Shown in pieces: positions 39,541 to 53,499 of a stretch of DNA of 64,000 bases. Position 1 is the first letter of the stretch, and the number at the start of each line of letters is the position of its first letter. Made by a program: the position numbers and the translations under genes. Location of the stretch: assembly GCA_951406725.2 (NCBI GenBank), contig OX597815.1, positions 100,812,001 through 100,876,000 of the forward strand, written 5' to 3'. This DNA comes from Octopus vulgaris. Its lineage: Eukaryota. The notes beneath the pieces were generated by a model, which saw nothing but the letters and a program-made list of their open reading frames with translations, was not told the origin of the DNA and did no database searches.

Positions 39541-41747
39541 TTACATGCATTTACATGCTTTATCAGTTGAATCGAATCTAGTGTATTACTTGATAAAATG
39601 TTAAGTTGATTCCAGCAAGACATGAACTAAACTAAACTTAATAAGTCATTTATCCCCTTCTCGCTTCGTATCGAATAAACTCATAATTTTCCTCTCTTAT
39701 TATTTCTTGCAAACTCTTTCAAACCAATTTCCAATCTCACAGACGTCACCCAATACTTCATTCAGAAGATTATATAAACTTCCGATTTTTCTAAAGAAAA
39801 TAAAATCCCCACATCAACAACATTACAGATACTTTTATGTATTTTACTATTTCATAACCGAAAGTTGCAAGAACTCTAGAGAAAAATTGTATTAAAAGCT
39901 CATCGAGGTCAATGCGCTATGTGTATGATTAAAACAAGGAAGCTTAGTGCGCGTACTTTCTGAAAAGGCACTGTATATGAGTACAGTTGATGGCATTAAG
40001 GAACGGATCATAAGGTAATTAATGAGTGTTGTTTCTTAACTCACCATACTGAATTCAAGTTCTCTTTGGGGCTTGATGTATAATAGAATACACGGACTTT
40101 ATGTGTATTTGGGCTTTATGCATTCTTTAAGTTTCTTTATACGGCAATTTCTAAGAAGGCACCAGTAGAATGTAGAGCATTTATATCCTATAATTTATAG
40201 TATAAACTATATTATAATAAATGCTCTGCATTCCCAAAGTGGGCAGTAATCTAAGCCCATCCCCCCCGGGCGGTGGAAAGTTTCAAGGGAGCGTTGAAGA
40301 AAAGTGGGGCGATAATGGAGTAGTGATTCATGTAAAAACAACAAAATAATGGGTTCACTAGGTTAAGTTTTATTTGTGAAATACAGTTGCTTTGAATTTG
40401 CTTCAGAAAGAGGTCTATGTTTTTGGTGGTTATTCGAGTGGGGGCCTTTAAGAAGGAATCTCGATATCTGACAGAGTAGATAGATTCTTATAATTTATAT
40501 TTATTTAGGTAGTTTGCATTGGTCTTATTGTTAGTTTGGATTCACAACTCCCGGTGCATACCTATTCTATTTCAAAGTGAATAAAATAAATAAAGCTATA
40601 AAAACTATACCTGAGCTTATAGCTTTTCACATAGTTAAAAAAAGAAAGAAAAAAGACATGCATGTCGCGTACTACGTACATTAGACATTTTAAACTGATT
40701 GCAGTTCGAGTACTGTAACAGACTTACACAACGGTACACCAAATAATACCCAGTAAACAATACATTATACACAATCGCAACTCATTACTATGGCACAACC
40801 TACGCTACACAAACGCTACACAACAAACTGGCAAAACGTTAAAATAACACAAGAAACAGTAAAATCTCCACAACAAAATAAATCATCCCACAGCCACAAA
40901 AAAGGAAATTTTACACGTACATACACGCGCACTCAGACGCATACAAAACCCTATGCGCATACAACTCAACAATATGGCAGTGCATCTGTTGATGCATTTA
41001 AACTCATTATAACCAGCGGAACTCGTGTAGCTTCCATGTGTAATAAAAGTTCTTATTTATATTTTGATACATAAATCTATAGATCTTCATGATACTGTTT
41101 CAATGTTAAAAACTTCAATTATGTATTCGATTTCCTTATTGAATAGTATCGCTTGATAGAGACGGTTTCTAGCGTGGGCACAAGACCAGAGATGTTGGGC
41201 GAACGCGTAGAATGGATTATATCGACTCCAGTACTTGACTGATATTTATTTCATCGACAACCCGAAAGAAAGAAAGGTTATGTTGGCCAGAGCAAGCTTT
41301 AAACTCAGGACATACGGAATGTAACCAAATTTTGCAAAACATTTTGTTCAATACTGTGACGATTCTGACCAAATGATGTAGGAAAAACAGTAACGTTACC
41401 AGGATATACAGGTTTATCTTATTTCAGATCAACACTCATTTGTATTGTATTTTTAATAAACAATAATACAAAAAGAAAAGATATGAGTAAAAGTAACAAT
41501 TAAATAAAGAGAAAATATACATAAAAAGAGCAACCGTCTGAAATAATTAAACGATAAGACAAAGATTGCGTCCACTGTTTGGTTATGTATAATGGTATGT
41601 ATGCCTACGCAATATAATACTTTAACGGAAACCAGCTGTACACGGAAATGTTAATTAGGTACTCTTCGTTGATAGGAAAGAAAATTTGTCAAATGTGAAG
41701 TTATGTGAAATCGGTATTAAGGAAGAATTATATGGAATCGTTAACTG

Positions 41748-42224
41748 TTAGGCCTTTTCCGAAACACTATTTTCTGTAATAAACCATTTTATCTTAAACA
41801 CATCATCTATGGATGGTCTGTCTTGAAAACGGAACACTAGAAGTTTTTCGACAGCCTCTCTGCAATCATTTTCGATAGGATAACGATCCCAAAATATGTG
41901 TAACTTCCTATAGTCGTCTATAATTTTCTTTATGTCTTTCTTTTTGTCGAATGGAAATTTTCCTGTGCTCATGATATAGAGAATAATACCAATGGCCCAG
42001 ATATCTGACTTGAACGGATTGTATGGACAACCAGTTAGAATCTCTGGAGCTGCATATGACTTTGAACCACAATATGTTTGACTTAGATTCTTTCCAGACA
42101 CTTTCTTCGAAAAACCAAAATCTGTAATTTTTATTGAGTTCGATTCGTCAAGTAAGAGATTTTCAAGTTTCAGATCCCGATGACTGATATCTCGATCGTG
42201 AAGGTATTTAACACCATTGCAGAG
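41748..42224 (-). CDS. TSSK-like kinase paralogue C, exon 3 (terminal)
   Basis: Acceptor catttctag|. Encodes LCNGVKYLHDRDISHRDLKLENLLLDE...IKITDFGFSKK...LSQTYCGSKSYAAPEILTGCPYNPFKSDIWAIG...FPFD...DRPSIDDVFKIKWF...EKA*. It is 477 nt and open. Confidence 0.93.
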   Translation of the reverse strand, partial: LCNGVKYLHDRDISHRDLKLENLLLDESNSIKITDFGFSKKVSGKNLSQTYCGSKSYAAPEILTGCPYNPFKSDIWAIGIILYIMSTGKFPFDKKKDIKKIIDDYRKLHIFWDRYPIENDCREAVEKLLVFRFQDRPSIDDVFKIKWFITENSVSEKA

Positions 42225-42829
42225 CTAGAAATGAAATCAGACACATTACATTATTTCGATAACATGCATGTTACATTAGAATATATCGTTTCATTTAATT
42301 CCTAACTCTTTCTCTATAAAACACAAAATTGTTTACACAAATGTGAAAATTATTTTTCGGTGTATTAATCCCATCTTTAGAGATGAAAAAAGTTTTTTAA
42401 AAAATCTAAACATCTACCCAATGATTATTCAATCAGTTTGATCTCCAATTTCCATCAGTTGTCTTATTCTTGGATATGTTCCAAACAAAACAATGTAGAG
42501 ATAAATATATTAGTATATATAAGCATTAGTGTTGATATAGATATTAAAATAATACTCTCATCTTTAACGATGAAGTTTGGTAGTCCGAAAAATTATAATT
42601 GTGTTATTAACTCATCTCAGTCATTTAGTAAATTTAACTTTTAAACATTGCTAAAACCAGTTAATACTTTATTCTTTCCAGTAAAATCACCATATTGTTT
42701 TGAATTTCAAACCTAAGCAATTTAACTGTTTATCTTAAGGTAAAATATATACTAGAATTGATTGAAAACTTTACAAATGTTACAAAAGCGAATTTCTTAA
42801 AAATATTCCCGTCCTTCTAGGATATTTTT

Positions 42830-44110
42830 CTTGTGTTTTAGTACATTTGTTTTCCATTTAGGTATGCCACTATTCATGAATCGTATAAGAAATTAACCCA
42901 AGGATCCACGAGTGCGGCACAGTGTAATACGCTTTTTCATGGTCTATCTTAGCAGACTGTAAGTTCTTCTGTTTCCACCTAGAGCCTCTTACCAGTGTCT
43001 TCACAGTCAGGAGTCCTTCTCCAGTTCTTTTCTTATTCAGTTAGAAGACTTATTTCAGTCGTAGTGTTGACAAATATTCTTTGGAGTCGATATAAAGATA
43101 TTTAAGTTAAGATGGCGTATGATTGGCATGTTTTTTTAGGTCGATTCGTCTCTGATTTTGGCAGGAGAATTATGTCCCCCTGTGTCAACCACTCTGGTAT
43201 TTGGGACAGGTGGTTTACTTTATTAATGCATTTTATCACATTTGAGTGTTAGACATGTGGGTGTTTTATGAATATCAAGTGATTTCTGAAAGCCCTTTCC
43301 TATCTTAAGCTTCTATATTTATCTTCCCAAATCAATAGTAGATTTTCTCATTGTATTGTTGTGTAATTTGATTTCTTCATAAGTAGATACGCCGCTTGTT
43401 CATACGTCACTTAACCTTTTATTTCGCTGGAATTGTTAAACTAATTTTTTATATCTTTTACTCTCCACGCTTTTACTTTTAAAAGATTGAATTAAAATTA
43501 CGGTCATGATTTTAAGATCCTGTTCGACTTGAATTTTAAGCTTTCTTAGAAACTTTTTTTTTTTGTGGGGCGATCTGTATTGCAAACTTGTTGGTTAGTA
43601 TCGAAGAGCTGCCACTCATGTAAGAAGAATTTAACTATCAACTGAGTATATTGAGAAGATCTGTCCGCAACCTGTCTGTGGAAGAAATAGTAAGTAGGCT
43701 TTCTCTGTTTGGTGACTATGGTGAAGGCAGTTGTATATTAGATTCAGTTAAAAGGCTTGCGGACGGGGATTTTCTTCTTTGTTCAAGCTATCATAGATTT
43801 CCTTTAATATCACCTGAAGAGGAGAGTGAAGGTGGAAGCCGAGGCGCTGCCATCCAGTTTTACGAAAGGTGTGTGAGAACAGAAAGACTGACGGAGCTAA
43901 ATCAGCCTATTCCGGTTATACGGTTGTAAACAAGAAGCAAGACACTATAAGAGGGGGTTTATGAAGCCTTCGATATGCAGAGTAATCTAGGACTTTGTCT
44001 GAATTATGCTGGGGACCTTTTGATATATTTTGTTATTTCCATTCTTTTCGTTGATTTCGGATTCTTTTAACTCGCCCTGAAACCTCACTGATCTTGTTTT
44101 TCATCCGTGT
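42830..44110 (-). mobile_element. Decayed R4/Dong-like LINE (RT region and upstream), tentative
   Basis: Minus strand IDHEKAYYTVPHSWIL near 42900-42950 matches the R4/Dong RT motif IDYxKAYDSVPHSW. A similar SWIL remnant lies near 38470. Confidence 0.55.
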
Positions 44111-44465
44111 GTTCTAACCAATGTCTTGAATGCCAATAAAATCATCAGCACCATCGGCATTGTAGTTGTCGTCGTCGTTGTTGGTGTGATTATTGTTTAT
44201 TCAATAGTTTCATAGTTTCTGTTGCACCACCTGGTGTATCCCCGATTTCTGGAGGTGCGTGTACCGTACCGCCGTAAGTTCTCATTTTTGTGGGGATTAA
44301 GGAGTATAGTGTCTTCCTGCTAGTGTACGACATCGGTTTGTTTTGTTAAGGGGATGCGTTTAGCTTGGTTCGTGTGTTATTTTATTGGTTACTAATCTTG
44401 AAGCGTATTTTTCGTGAGTTGTTTTATTTCACAACGTTCTTATGGTATGGGATGTGTGTTAGAAT

Positions 44466-44690
<225 letters not shown>

Positions 44691-45196
44691 GTGAATGAGA
44701 GAGCAGCGCATACCATCAAAGTGACACTGGGGTACAAATATACAAAGCCCAATATACTCATCATGACTACCCGTCTGACATGGGTACACCAGGCACATGC
44801 ATCACAACCATATGTGCAAGACATGGTGATCTCATATCAAGATAAACAGTACATGACTGTGCAGGTGAGGCCCAGTTAGAATTTTCTTCAAGTTGAGTAG
44901 CTTACCTTGCTCAAAAGGTCACTGGATAAGGGTTGTTTATGGATGTTGAACGAAACACCCATATTTCCAGAGATGAATTATTCAAACCCCAAAGAATTTC
45001 TCTTAACATATGGCTATGATGCTCCCCCACGACTTCTGCTCGTGATCAGAAATGCATATATTGTCAGTCATCAAGCAACATGCCCAACAAGTTAAGGTCA
45101 AACAACTGATAGGCAAATCTGTGGTATCGAGCAGAATATTTGCTGTAAACCATCTTTTATACCAAGACAAAACATATACATGTTAACGCTTCCAAT
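44691..45196. mobile_element. ~500-bp interspersed element, older and truncated copy
   Basis: Colinear with 45674-46230 (GAGAGAGCAG...CCATCAAAGTGACACTGGGGTA...TATACCAAGACAAAAC). Followed by a (TATC)n tract. Confidence 0.8.
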
Positions 45197-45197
45197 T

Positions 45198-45301
<104 letters not shown>

Positions 45302-45306
45302 GTGAG

Positions 45307-45369
<63 letters not shown>

Positions 45370-45503
45370 ACCATCACTTTTCTTCGTCCATTCGATTTCT
45401 TTATAAATCACAACACGCTTTAAAACTTTTCCTGAACTGTTCTCTCATTTTTTGCCTTTGTAACCATAATAAGGACATCCCCGTCTCCTCCCCATTGTTC
45501 TTG

Positions 45504-45613
<110 letters not shown>

Positions 45614-45673
45614 ATCATTATCATAATCATCATCATCATCATCATCATTATTATTATTATTATTATTATTATT

Positions 45674-46228
45674 GAGTGAGAGAGCAGTTCATGCCATCAA
45701 AGTGACACTGGGGTAAAATATACAAAGCCCAATATACCCATCATGACTACCCGTCTGATAAAGGTACACCAGGCACATGCATCACAACCATATGTGCGCG
45801 ACATGGTGATCTCATATCAAGATAAATAGCAAATGACCTTGAAGGTGGGGGCCCAGTTAGAATTTTCTTCATGTTGATTAGCCCATCCCTCTCAAACGGT
45901 CCCTGAATAAGGGTTGTTTAAGGATGTTGAAAGAACTACCCATGTTTCCAGAGGTGAACTATTCAAACCCCAAAGAATCCCTCTCAACACATGGCTATGA
46001 TGCTCCCCCACGACTTCTGCTCGTGATCAGAGATGCACATATCGTCAGCCACTAAGGGACATGCTCAACTGGTTAAGGTCAAACAACTGACAAGCAAATC
46101 TGTGGTAGTGAGCAGAATATTTGCTGTAGCCCATCTTTTATACCAAGACAAAACAATGTACATGATAACACTTCCAATCAGTTAAGATCAGAAGCCATGA
46201 GAGCCACTGCCTGGTACTGCACCAGGGC

Positions 46229-46230
<2 letters not shown>
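45674..46230. mobile_element. ~555-bp non-coding interspersed element embedded in (TTA)n arrays
   Basis: Flanked on both sides by (TTA)n. Terminal hairpin TGCCTGGTACTGCACCAGGGCA. No long ORF. Confidence 0.8.
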
Positions 46231-46289
<59 letters not shown>

Positions 46290-46359
46290 GTTATTATTAT
46301 TAAAAGTAATAACGGACAAGGATGAACAATTAACAAATAATTTGATGTGATTAGTTTAC

Positions 46360-46661
46360 CTGAGTCATTAGCAATTTTCTTTTCATCTCTGGTAAATTTC
46401 CATTTGCTTGGATGTATTTAAGCATATCTCCGTGAGGAGCAAACTCGATGATCATAAATAAAGTTTGGTCAATTTGAAAAGCTTCATAGAATTTAATTAC
46501 GTGACGATGATCGAGTGATGGCCAGTTCTCCAGCTCACGAGGAAGGAAACTTTCTTTAAAATCATCAGGCGCTTTCATTAGATTAATGATTTTTACAGCA
46601 ACTTGTCTTGGGTCATTCTTAGATATATGACCAAGCTTGACCTTTGAGTAACTTCCTCTTC
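46360..46661 (-). CDS. TSSK-like kinase paralogue C, exon 2 (302 nt)
   Basis: Acceptor acttttcag| and donor CAG|gtaaac. Encodes (G)RGSYSKVKL...VAVKIINLMKAPDDFKESFLPRELENWPSLDH...IEFAPHGDML...TQ. Confidence 0.93.
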
Positions 46662-49137
46662 CTGAAAAGTTACACCAAGAAAGCAAAGGGGGAAAAAAGA
46701 AAAAAAGTATAAAAGAAAAAAGTATAAATTGCATATACATTGTTTAAATTACCAAAATATAGAGTCGAGAACATTGGTGCTTCAAATTATCGAAGACTGT
46801 TAATGTCGTGAACGAAATATGGAAATCTTTTCGTAGTTGTTACAGCTCTGTTAGAAAATGAAGTGTAATACCTCTTTGAACTTTTCGGGAGCTGCTGTAA
46901 CTGATGTGAGGAAGAGTTGAAGACTCGGGTTATCATCAGATCAGACCTCTAACTTAAATGACCGCAATATAGTGCTCTCTGTTGAAGACAACAGAGGGCC
47001 ATGTGATAGTGTGAAACTTATTACTGACTTCATGATTTGTAAATCTAAGTGAGAAGTACATGCAATTTCAAAGTGAGAATAGCAGTTTCAAAATGAACGT
47101 TACATGTCACTTAAAATTTAAACTTACTTGATTTAATTAACAAGATGAACAACGTATGAACACATAGAAATGTAGGGGGGGATTTTATCAATTGGAGAAC
47201 ACGGCGTGTGGTCAAGAAGTGTTACTTCCACCGAACTGATCTGGAATTGTGCATTCATAAAATCTATAGTGGAATGCGCAGCATTGTATTTTCGTAGCTC
47301 GTGCAGAATTCGACGCCTAGCATTGAACTGCTTATTCTCTGACAAGCAGTATCAAGGTGGATGTAGAACAAAGAAGACGTCAATGGTCAACGTCGTTCGT
47401 CGTCAGCTCAAGAACTGTTATGGTTGTGGACTGGACTATAAGGACCCAGTTAAGTACACAGTTATTAATTTTAAAACTGAAAGCACAATAATTTTAGACC
47501 TTGTCAAAGCAAGAAAATATTGTTTTCATGCGAGAAATCCAGGCGGTAAATGCAGTGGGAAGGTTGATAATAAGATATATGTATACTGTATGAAGCAATA
47601 TATAACAGTACACCAATCATGCGGAAAATATATGAAGACATAAGATGGGATTTGCCACAAAAACAAATTGTAAAAGATGTTTTCATGTTATATTTTCTAT
47701 TGAATAAATTTTTTTTGTGTTAAACTTGTTTGGAAATTGTTATTCTCAGTTTGAAGCGGGGAAGTCTTGTTTTGAAATAATGAATCATATTAAGTGACAT
47801 GTACTAGCTTAGAATTACAAATACTGTACTTGGGTACATGTTCTATTAGATATGATAGTACAGTCGATAACGCATAGTTAATTATCCTTGGTGATTGGAA
47901 TTATTATGTAATTGAAAGTATTATGCAATTAACCCATTTATGCAGTTATCTGTTACAGGAGTCAACTGACCAAACACACCTTTCATAATTTGTTTTAAGG
48001 AAATAAAAAGCTTGTGTCATCATGAGAAAAGAAATCTAGCATTTCCCATAGCTCCCTCTCACCTTTTCTGAGAAAGTTAGCATCTTCTCCATGTTTTACA
48101 CTAACATTATTTACATTTTAAACAATTTAAACTGATTTTTACCGATATAGACAAAATTCTGTTTACTGTTTCTTTTGTGTTTTTTCCACATTTTCTGTTG
48201 GAGTCTCTTGAATAGTCAGATTAGTCTACAAACTAATCTAGAAAAGAAAATCTATAGTACTGGCATCTAAAGGATATGCAATTTACTGGATCTGCGATTA
48301 TCTTCTTAATTTGTAAATATTCTATCATTGGTGTCCTGTTTTCCTATTTGCGTGGGAGGATTGTTGTGGATAATCAATATCATTTTTCTGAAAATAACTA
48401 TTCTATAAAATCAACATTTTATGAATAATTGCCGCCAAAACTGGTGTTGTTTATCATTCAAATGACATTTCTATAAGACATCGCAGTTTGATTCTCCTTA
48501 TACTGAACTCTCACCCTCTCTTGGACAATCTCATCCTCTCAAGGACTACCTTTCTGGATCTTATTGCACACTGTTGTTGATTCCTGTTTGGCAGGTAACG
48601 TTCATCCAAAGCAAACTTTTTTTTGTGCTACAATACTGGAAGGGATCTATCGTTGCCCTTTTCTACTGTGAAGGGCAGTTGAACTTAACTGATGAAAGAT
48701 TGGAAGTCTGTTTGGATAATCAGCAAATATTTCTGTAAATTTGCAAAATCTCAAGATCAGCTCATACATGCAAAATACATTAACCGGATCCATTGTATTT
48801 AATCCGTTACTTTGAAATCATAGGTTTGGTTACCGATAATTAATAAAATCAAAGAGCATTTATTTGAATAGATTTTATGATATCATTGCTCCAAACAACA
48901 GGAACCGTCTGAATTTGAGCTAGCTTGGGCAGTTGAACACCACAACTTGGTCTTTTAGTACGAATAATTTTGTGACAAGCATTTGAACAAGAATTTCTTG
49001 CAGGCATTGAAACGCCTATGTGCAGTCTCAGCATTGGCCTCGTCAATCTCACCAATTTAGGAGGGCCTGAAAAGATCATGAACATTGACTCTCTTCTAAC
49101 AAATTTATACATATACGAACACACATGCTCGTGAGAG

Positions 49138-49207
<70 letters not shown>

Positions 49208-50604
49208 CACATGCTCGCACACTCACAAAGCAAAAAACAGACAAAACTAACACCCAATGATATAAATACATATATTTCCTTCTAAAGCAAAACGAATGAC
49301 GATTTTTCGTCCCACCTCACCACCACTTAGAAATCCAACTCACCAAACAATATCTCGATGACAGACAGACGTTTTACATGTATTCTAAACCAGTTCTGAG
49401 CACTAGACGTTTCCATAAAAAAATTGGCATACATTTCTTTTCCCACTGATATGGCACAAATCTTATGTCTGAGGACATGCGCGATAGGTTCCATTTGATG
49501 ACTAGGATCTTAATTAATTTGGTCATTTTTCGATTGCTTGTGAACTGAATCTGAAAGTCTGTAATGACATTCAAACAATTCACCAAATTAGAATTTTGTG
49601 GAAAATTTACTTGCCGCAGTATATATGAATTAATCGCATATTAAAATGTAAATCGTGTTTTGCTACAATATAGAGATAAGCGAAGAATATCGGTTTCCCT
49701 TTGGTTAATTTTTATAGCTTCGTTTCATTTATACGCCTGCATTGTCAAAACAATCGGGGATTTCTTCAATAAGGTTGCAGAAATCATATAAAGCTGCCAA
49801 TAAATCATATGAAACCGCTGATGTTCAAGAAATCGGTGTCTCCACCAAGTGATCGTACTTCATTCTTGCTGAGCATCATTGCTGCTACTACTTCTCGAGG
49901 TATACCGCATATAAAAAGACTTTGCTCTATTTCGCCTCGCTGGATAATGTTGAAAGCTTTCAAGAAACCTACAGTCAGTAAAACTACCAGTAGATTTTTA
50001 ACCCTAACCCCTTCAATTAATCTTCTGAGTATTAAGATCTTTCCAACAAATCTGTAAACGTCATTGTGTATTTAAGCAGTGCTATCACATCCACAGATGA
50101 ACTGAATGTAAAAAGTTGCAACGATGAGGTTCTTAGTGGTCTCAGTGTCATCTTGGATCCATCACTTCCTAAGATCTTCAGAAAATCTTCTGTACCACTG
50201 AGGAATCAGTGGTTTTAAATGAGTCAGCTGCCTGGACACTAACCAAAGATCAGGAGGACAGACTTGCTGAGGCCTACACCCGTATGTTGCGGGCCGTTCA
50301 GATTATCTCCTGGAAAAAAAACATCTGTTTAAACAAAGACTGTGCAGCGGCAAACTTCTTGCAATCATTGATGTCATTAGAAAGAAATTAATGAGCTTTG
50401 TATGACATCTCTGGAGAGATAAACAAGATTAAGTTTTTTAGTGATACACTCCTATGGATATCTAGACACACGGGTCGGCCGTTCAGAAATAACTTTCACC
50501 GACCAGCTCTGTATGGACATTACATGTTGACCTCCTGAAAGGTGTGCGAGATTGTGACCGAGTCAAGAAAATTCGATCAAACCCGATCAGATATAATTAT
50601 TGGA

Positions 50605-51027
50605 TAGCATTCGGACAAAATGCTAAGCGGCATTTCTTCGGGCACTTTGATGTATTAATTTCAAATGCTACTGAGCTCGACTTTACACATCAACCTTTCG
50701 GGGTCCATAAGTTAAGTACCAGTTGAGCACTGGAGTCGATGTATTCGATTGGCCCCACCCCTAAAATTTCAGGCCTTGTGCTTATAGTAGAAAGAATAAT
50801 TTATTAAGGTAGCGAGCTGGTAAAGGCGTTAGCCAGACAAAATGCTTAACGGCATTCCGTCCGTCTATACGTTCTGAGTTCAAATTCTGTCGAGGTCGAT
50901 TTTGCGTTTCATCTTTTCCAGCTCGAGAAAATAAGTACCAGATGGATCCTGGGGTCGATTTAATCGACTTACCCCTCCCCCGTACTTGCTGGCATTGTGC
51001 CAAAATTTGAAACCATTATTATTATTA

Positions 51028-51094
<67 letters not shown>

Positions 51095-51245
51095 CATTAT
51101 CATCGTTATTAAGGCAGCGAACTGGCAGAATCGTTACCATGCCGGACAAAATGCTTAGCCACATTTCTTCTGGTTCATCATGTTCTGAGTTCAAATTCCG
51201 TTGTGGCTGACTTTATCTTTCATCCTTTCAGGATAAATGCCAGTT
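50605..51245 (+). mobile_element. Three head-to-tail SINE family 2 copies with a (TTA)n tract
   Basis: Units start near 50605, 50806 and 51110, each with AAATGCTTA/AAG...TTCAAAT...CGA(C/T)TTT...AGTACCAG. (TTA)n lies at 51016-51100. Confidence 0.75.
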
Positions 51246-51847
51246 GAGAAATTTCTCAACTATTTGGATATATTCAAATTGATATGAACTATTTGGATAT
51301 ATTCAAATTGAACAGAGTTCTGCTTACCATTATGGCAGACATTTAATAGCAATTGATTTTATTAGAGAACTACAAAGAACTACAATAAATTTGATAACGT
51401 TATCAGAAAAAAAGAAGTCAGATGTATGCGGTTGTCCCCGGATCTCGCCATTAGAACTCTTCATACATATTTTGAAAGTTTACATACATACATATAGACG
51501 TACACACACACACACACACAAACACGCTTACATATATATGTATATACACATATATACATATGTATATTTTATACGTACATATGTATGTATGTATGATTGT
51601 AAGTATGCACGTATGTCTGTATATATGTATGTATGATTGTATGTTTGTATATGTATGTATTAATTTTGTTTATTGCGTAATACAAAAGCAAATGTTTGTA
51701 AAGTAAACAGGATCACTTCCATATTTCACCGGAACCGACGTTTTGGTTCAAACGGCTTTCTCAAACTGCTCATGTGTACTGCCAACCTAAGGACCGATTG
51801 AGCGAAACCTTTGTGCCGATCATATGTATTTCTGTTTCCTTTACATA

Positions 51848-51955
<108 letters not shown>

Positions 51956-52036
51956 GACAATTTTATAGCAAATAGATTTATTTATAAAATGAAAAAGAAG
52001 AAAGACAAAAATAACAAAATATGTAAAGCGTCTTAC

Positions 52037-52118
52037 CAATCGTATCTAGTAGTTTGATACCACGTTTAGCCAGAATCTGATGGTAATCAACTCCATGGAG
52101 CATTTCCATGTTATACAT
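52037..52118 (-). CDS. TSSK-like kinase paralogue C, exon 1 (82 nt, phase 1; too short for the ORF track)
   Basis: MYNMEMLHGVDYHQILAKRGIKLLDTI G|gtaaga, with TAG immediately upstream in frame. It resembles the TSSK N-terminus (VLxxRGYxLGxxLG) and joins exon 2 to give IGRGSYSKVK. CDS is 82+302+477=861 nt, or 286 aa. Confidence 0.82.
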
Positions 52119-52271
52119 CTAACCTAATATTATTCAGGTTGATGAATTGTAAATTATTTTCATCACTAAGTTCGAAAAATCTATTAAGAAAAGGAGAAAG
52201 AATACTCTCCAAGTGACAATTTTTTTCCAAGGGATTATTTATCTCGGCGAATTAGACATAATTTAAACAAA

Positions 52272-53029
52272 CTATTTTCGGCGTCGAGCCGAAAAATAAC
52301 GTCTGTAGTAAAAAAAAAACAAAAGAAAAAAACACGAGTCATATGACGTTGAATCTCGCGGAGTCATTTGCATTCACGAGATAGCCATTCTTCATTCTTG
52401 CGAAATTTAGGAAAACTGATAAATTGCTAGTGATAGCTTGGTGGAAACCTACGCGCTCGCGCCCGCACGCATGCATATACATATATATTATACGAACAAA
52501 ACGCCCCCCCCCCCGTCCAATGGACGGTGCTGAATCATATCTGCTGAATAAAAAGCAATCAGTGTTTTCTTTTCATTAAAAAATAATTAAGCATGCCTTT
52601 ATTTCAATAAAATTCTTGGTTTTGTTAAACGAAGTTAAGGCAAAAAAAATTCTTAAGAAACCAAATAGTCTTTCCTTCCTTCATGCCAAGTTTGAAGAAA
52701 ATATTTCTATTGTATCTTACTTTTTTGGTCTCTTAAATATACTGCATTTTGTGGCATTATTTTTTTTGCGCAAACTGCACGTGCATTTTTCTCGCGTACG
52801 TGTAGTATCGATCGCAACAGCTGATGTACTTGCGCGTACAAATGCACGTTCCTAAGGCTTTATCGATCGCATTCTCACCTGGAATCGATTTTTGTAATTT
52901 TTTCAAAACTTATACACGCCCTGATACCCTAGGTATCTACATATTAAATGTGAGCCCAATGGGAAGGAGGATGCCCGAGATCCTGGAAGGCACACACACA
53001 CACAGACAGAACGGGTTTTATATAATAGA
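52272..53029 (-). mobile_element. Non-autonomous Helitron (~758 bp)
   Basis: Minus strand starts A|TCTATTATATAAAACCC and ends with the hairpin TTTTCGGC-TCGAC-GCCGAAAA overlapping a terminal ATAG|T (CTAG variant). It sits between A and T with no TSD. Confidence 0.7.
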
Positions 53030-53499
53030 TGTGCCGATTTTCATGCAGGGATTCATAAATAGATGGACATTGTTGTTAGGTCGTATAATAAAGCCTCATT
53101 GTTAATCGTAGTCATATAAATGAAACATATATGTTCTAAAATATACGAGGAAACACTGTGCATATACATAATCGAACATCTAGATTGTGATTTTTTTCCA
53201 AGCAGTTAATCTGTGCAGAAATGTAGCACTGAAAGAATTTCCTACCTAATTCATCGTAGAAAGGCAACCCAACATTACTTTAGTTGTTTATGTTGGTATT
53301 ATATTGTCTTTTGTTTAATTCATTTACCTATACATTACCACAAAAAGTATAACATCTTGGTTAAGAAATTCACTTCGCACATACTTGCTTCAAGGTTCAA
53401 TTCCACTGTGCAGCACTTTTGGCGAGTGTCTTGGAGGTTGATATTAAATCACATGTTGCACATGCATGTGGGAAAATAGCATTCGCTAGGTGTCATGTT

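Noticed and set aside
43810-43875. CTGAAGA...CGAAA hammerhead-like spacing
   Set aside because: No convincing stems II/III or NUH cleavage triplet, and it lies in a LINE remnant.
47206-49080. 145-aa plus-strand ORF (47206-47643) and coding-looking minus-strand sequence at 48850-49080 in intron 1 of gene C
   Set aside because: No recognisable domain or consistent splice structure. Probably decayed TE sequence; a BLASTX search would be needed to say more.
51327-51400. Alternative exon 1 candidate for gene C (donor atg|gtaagc)
   Set aside because: In-frame stop in the required phase and no kinase N-terminal similarity. 52037-52118 fits far better.
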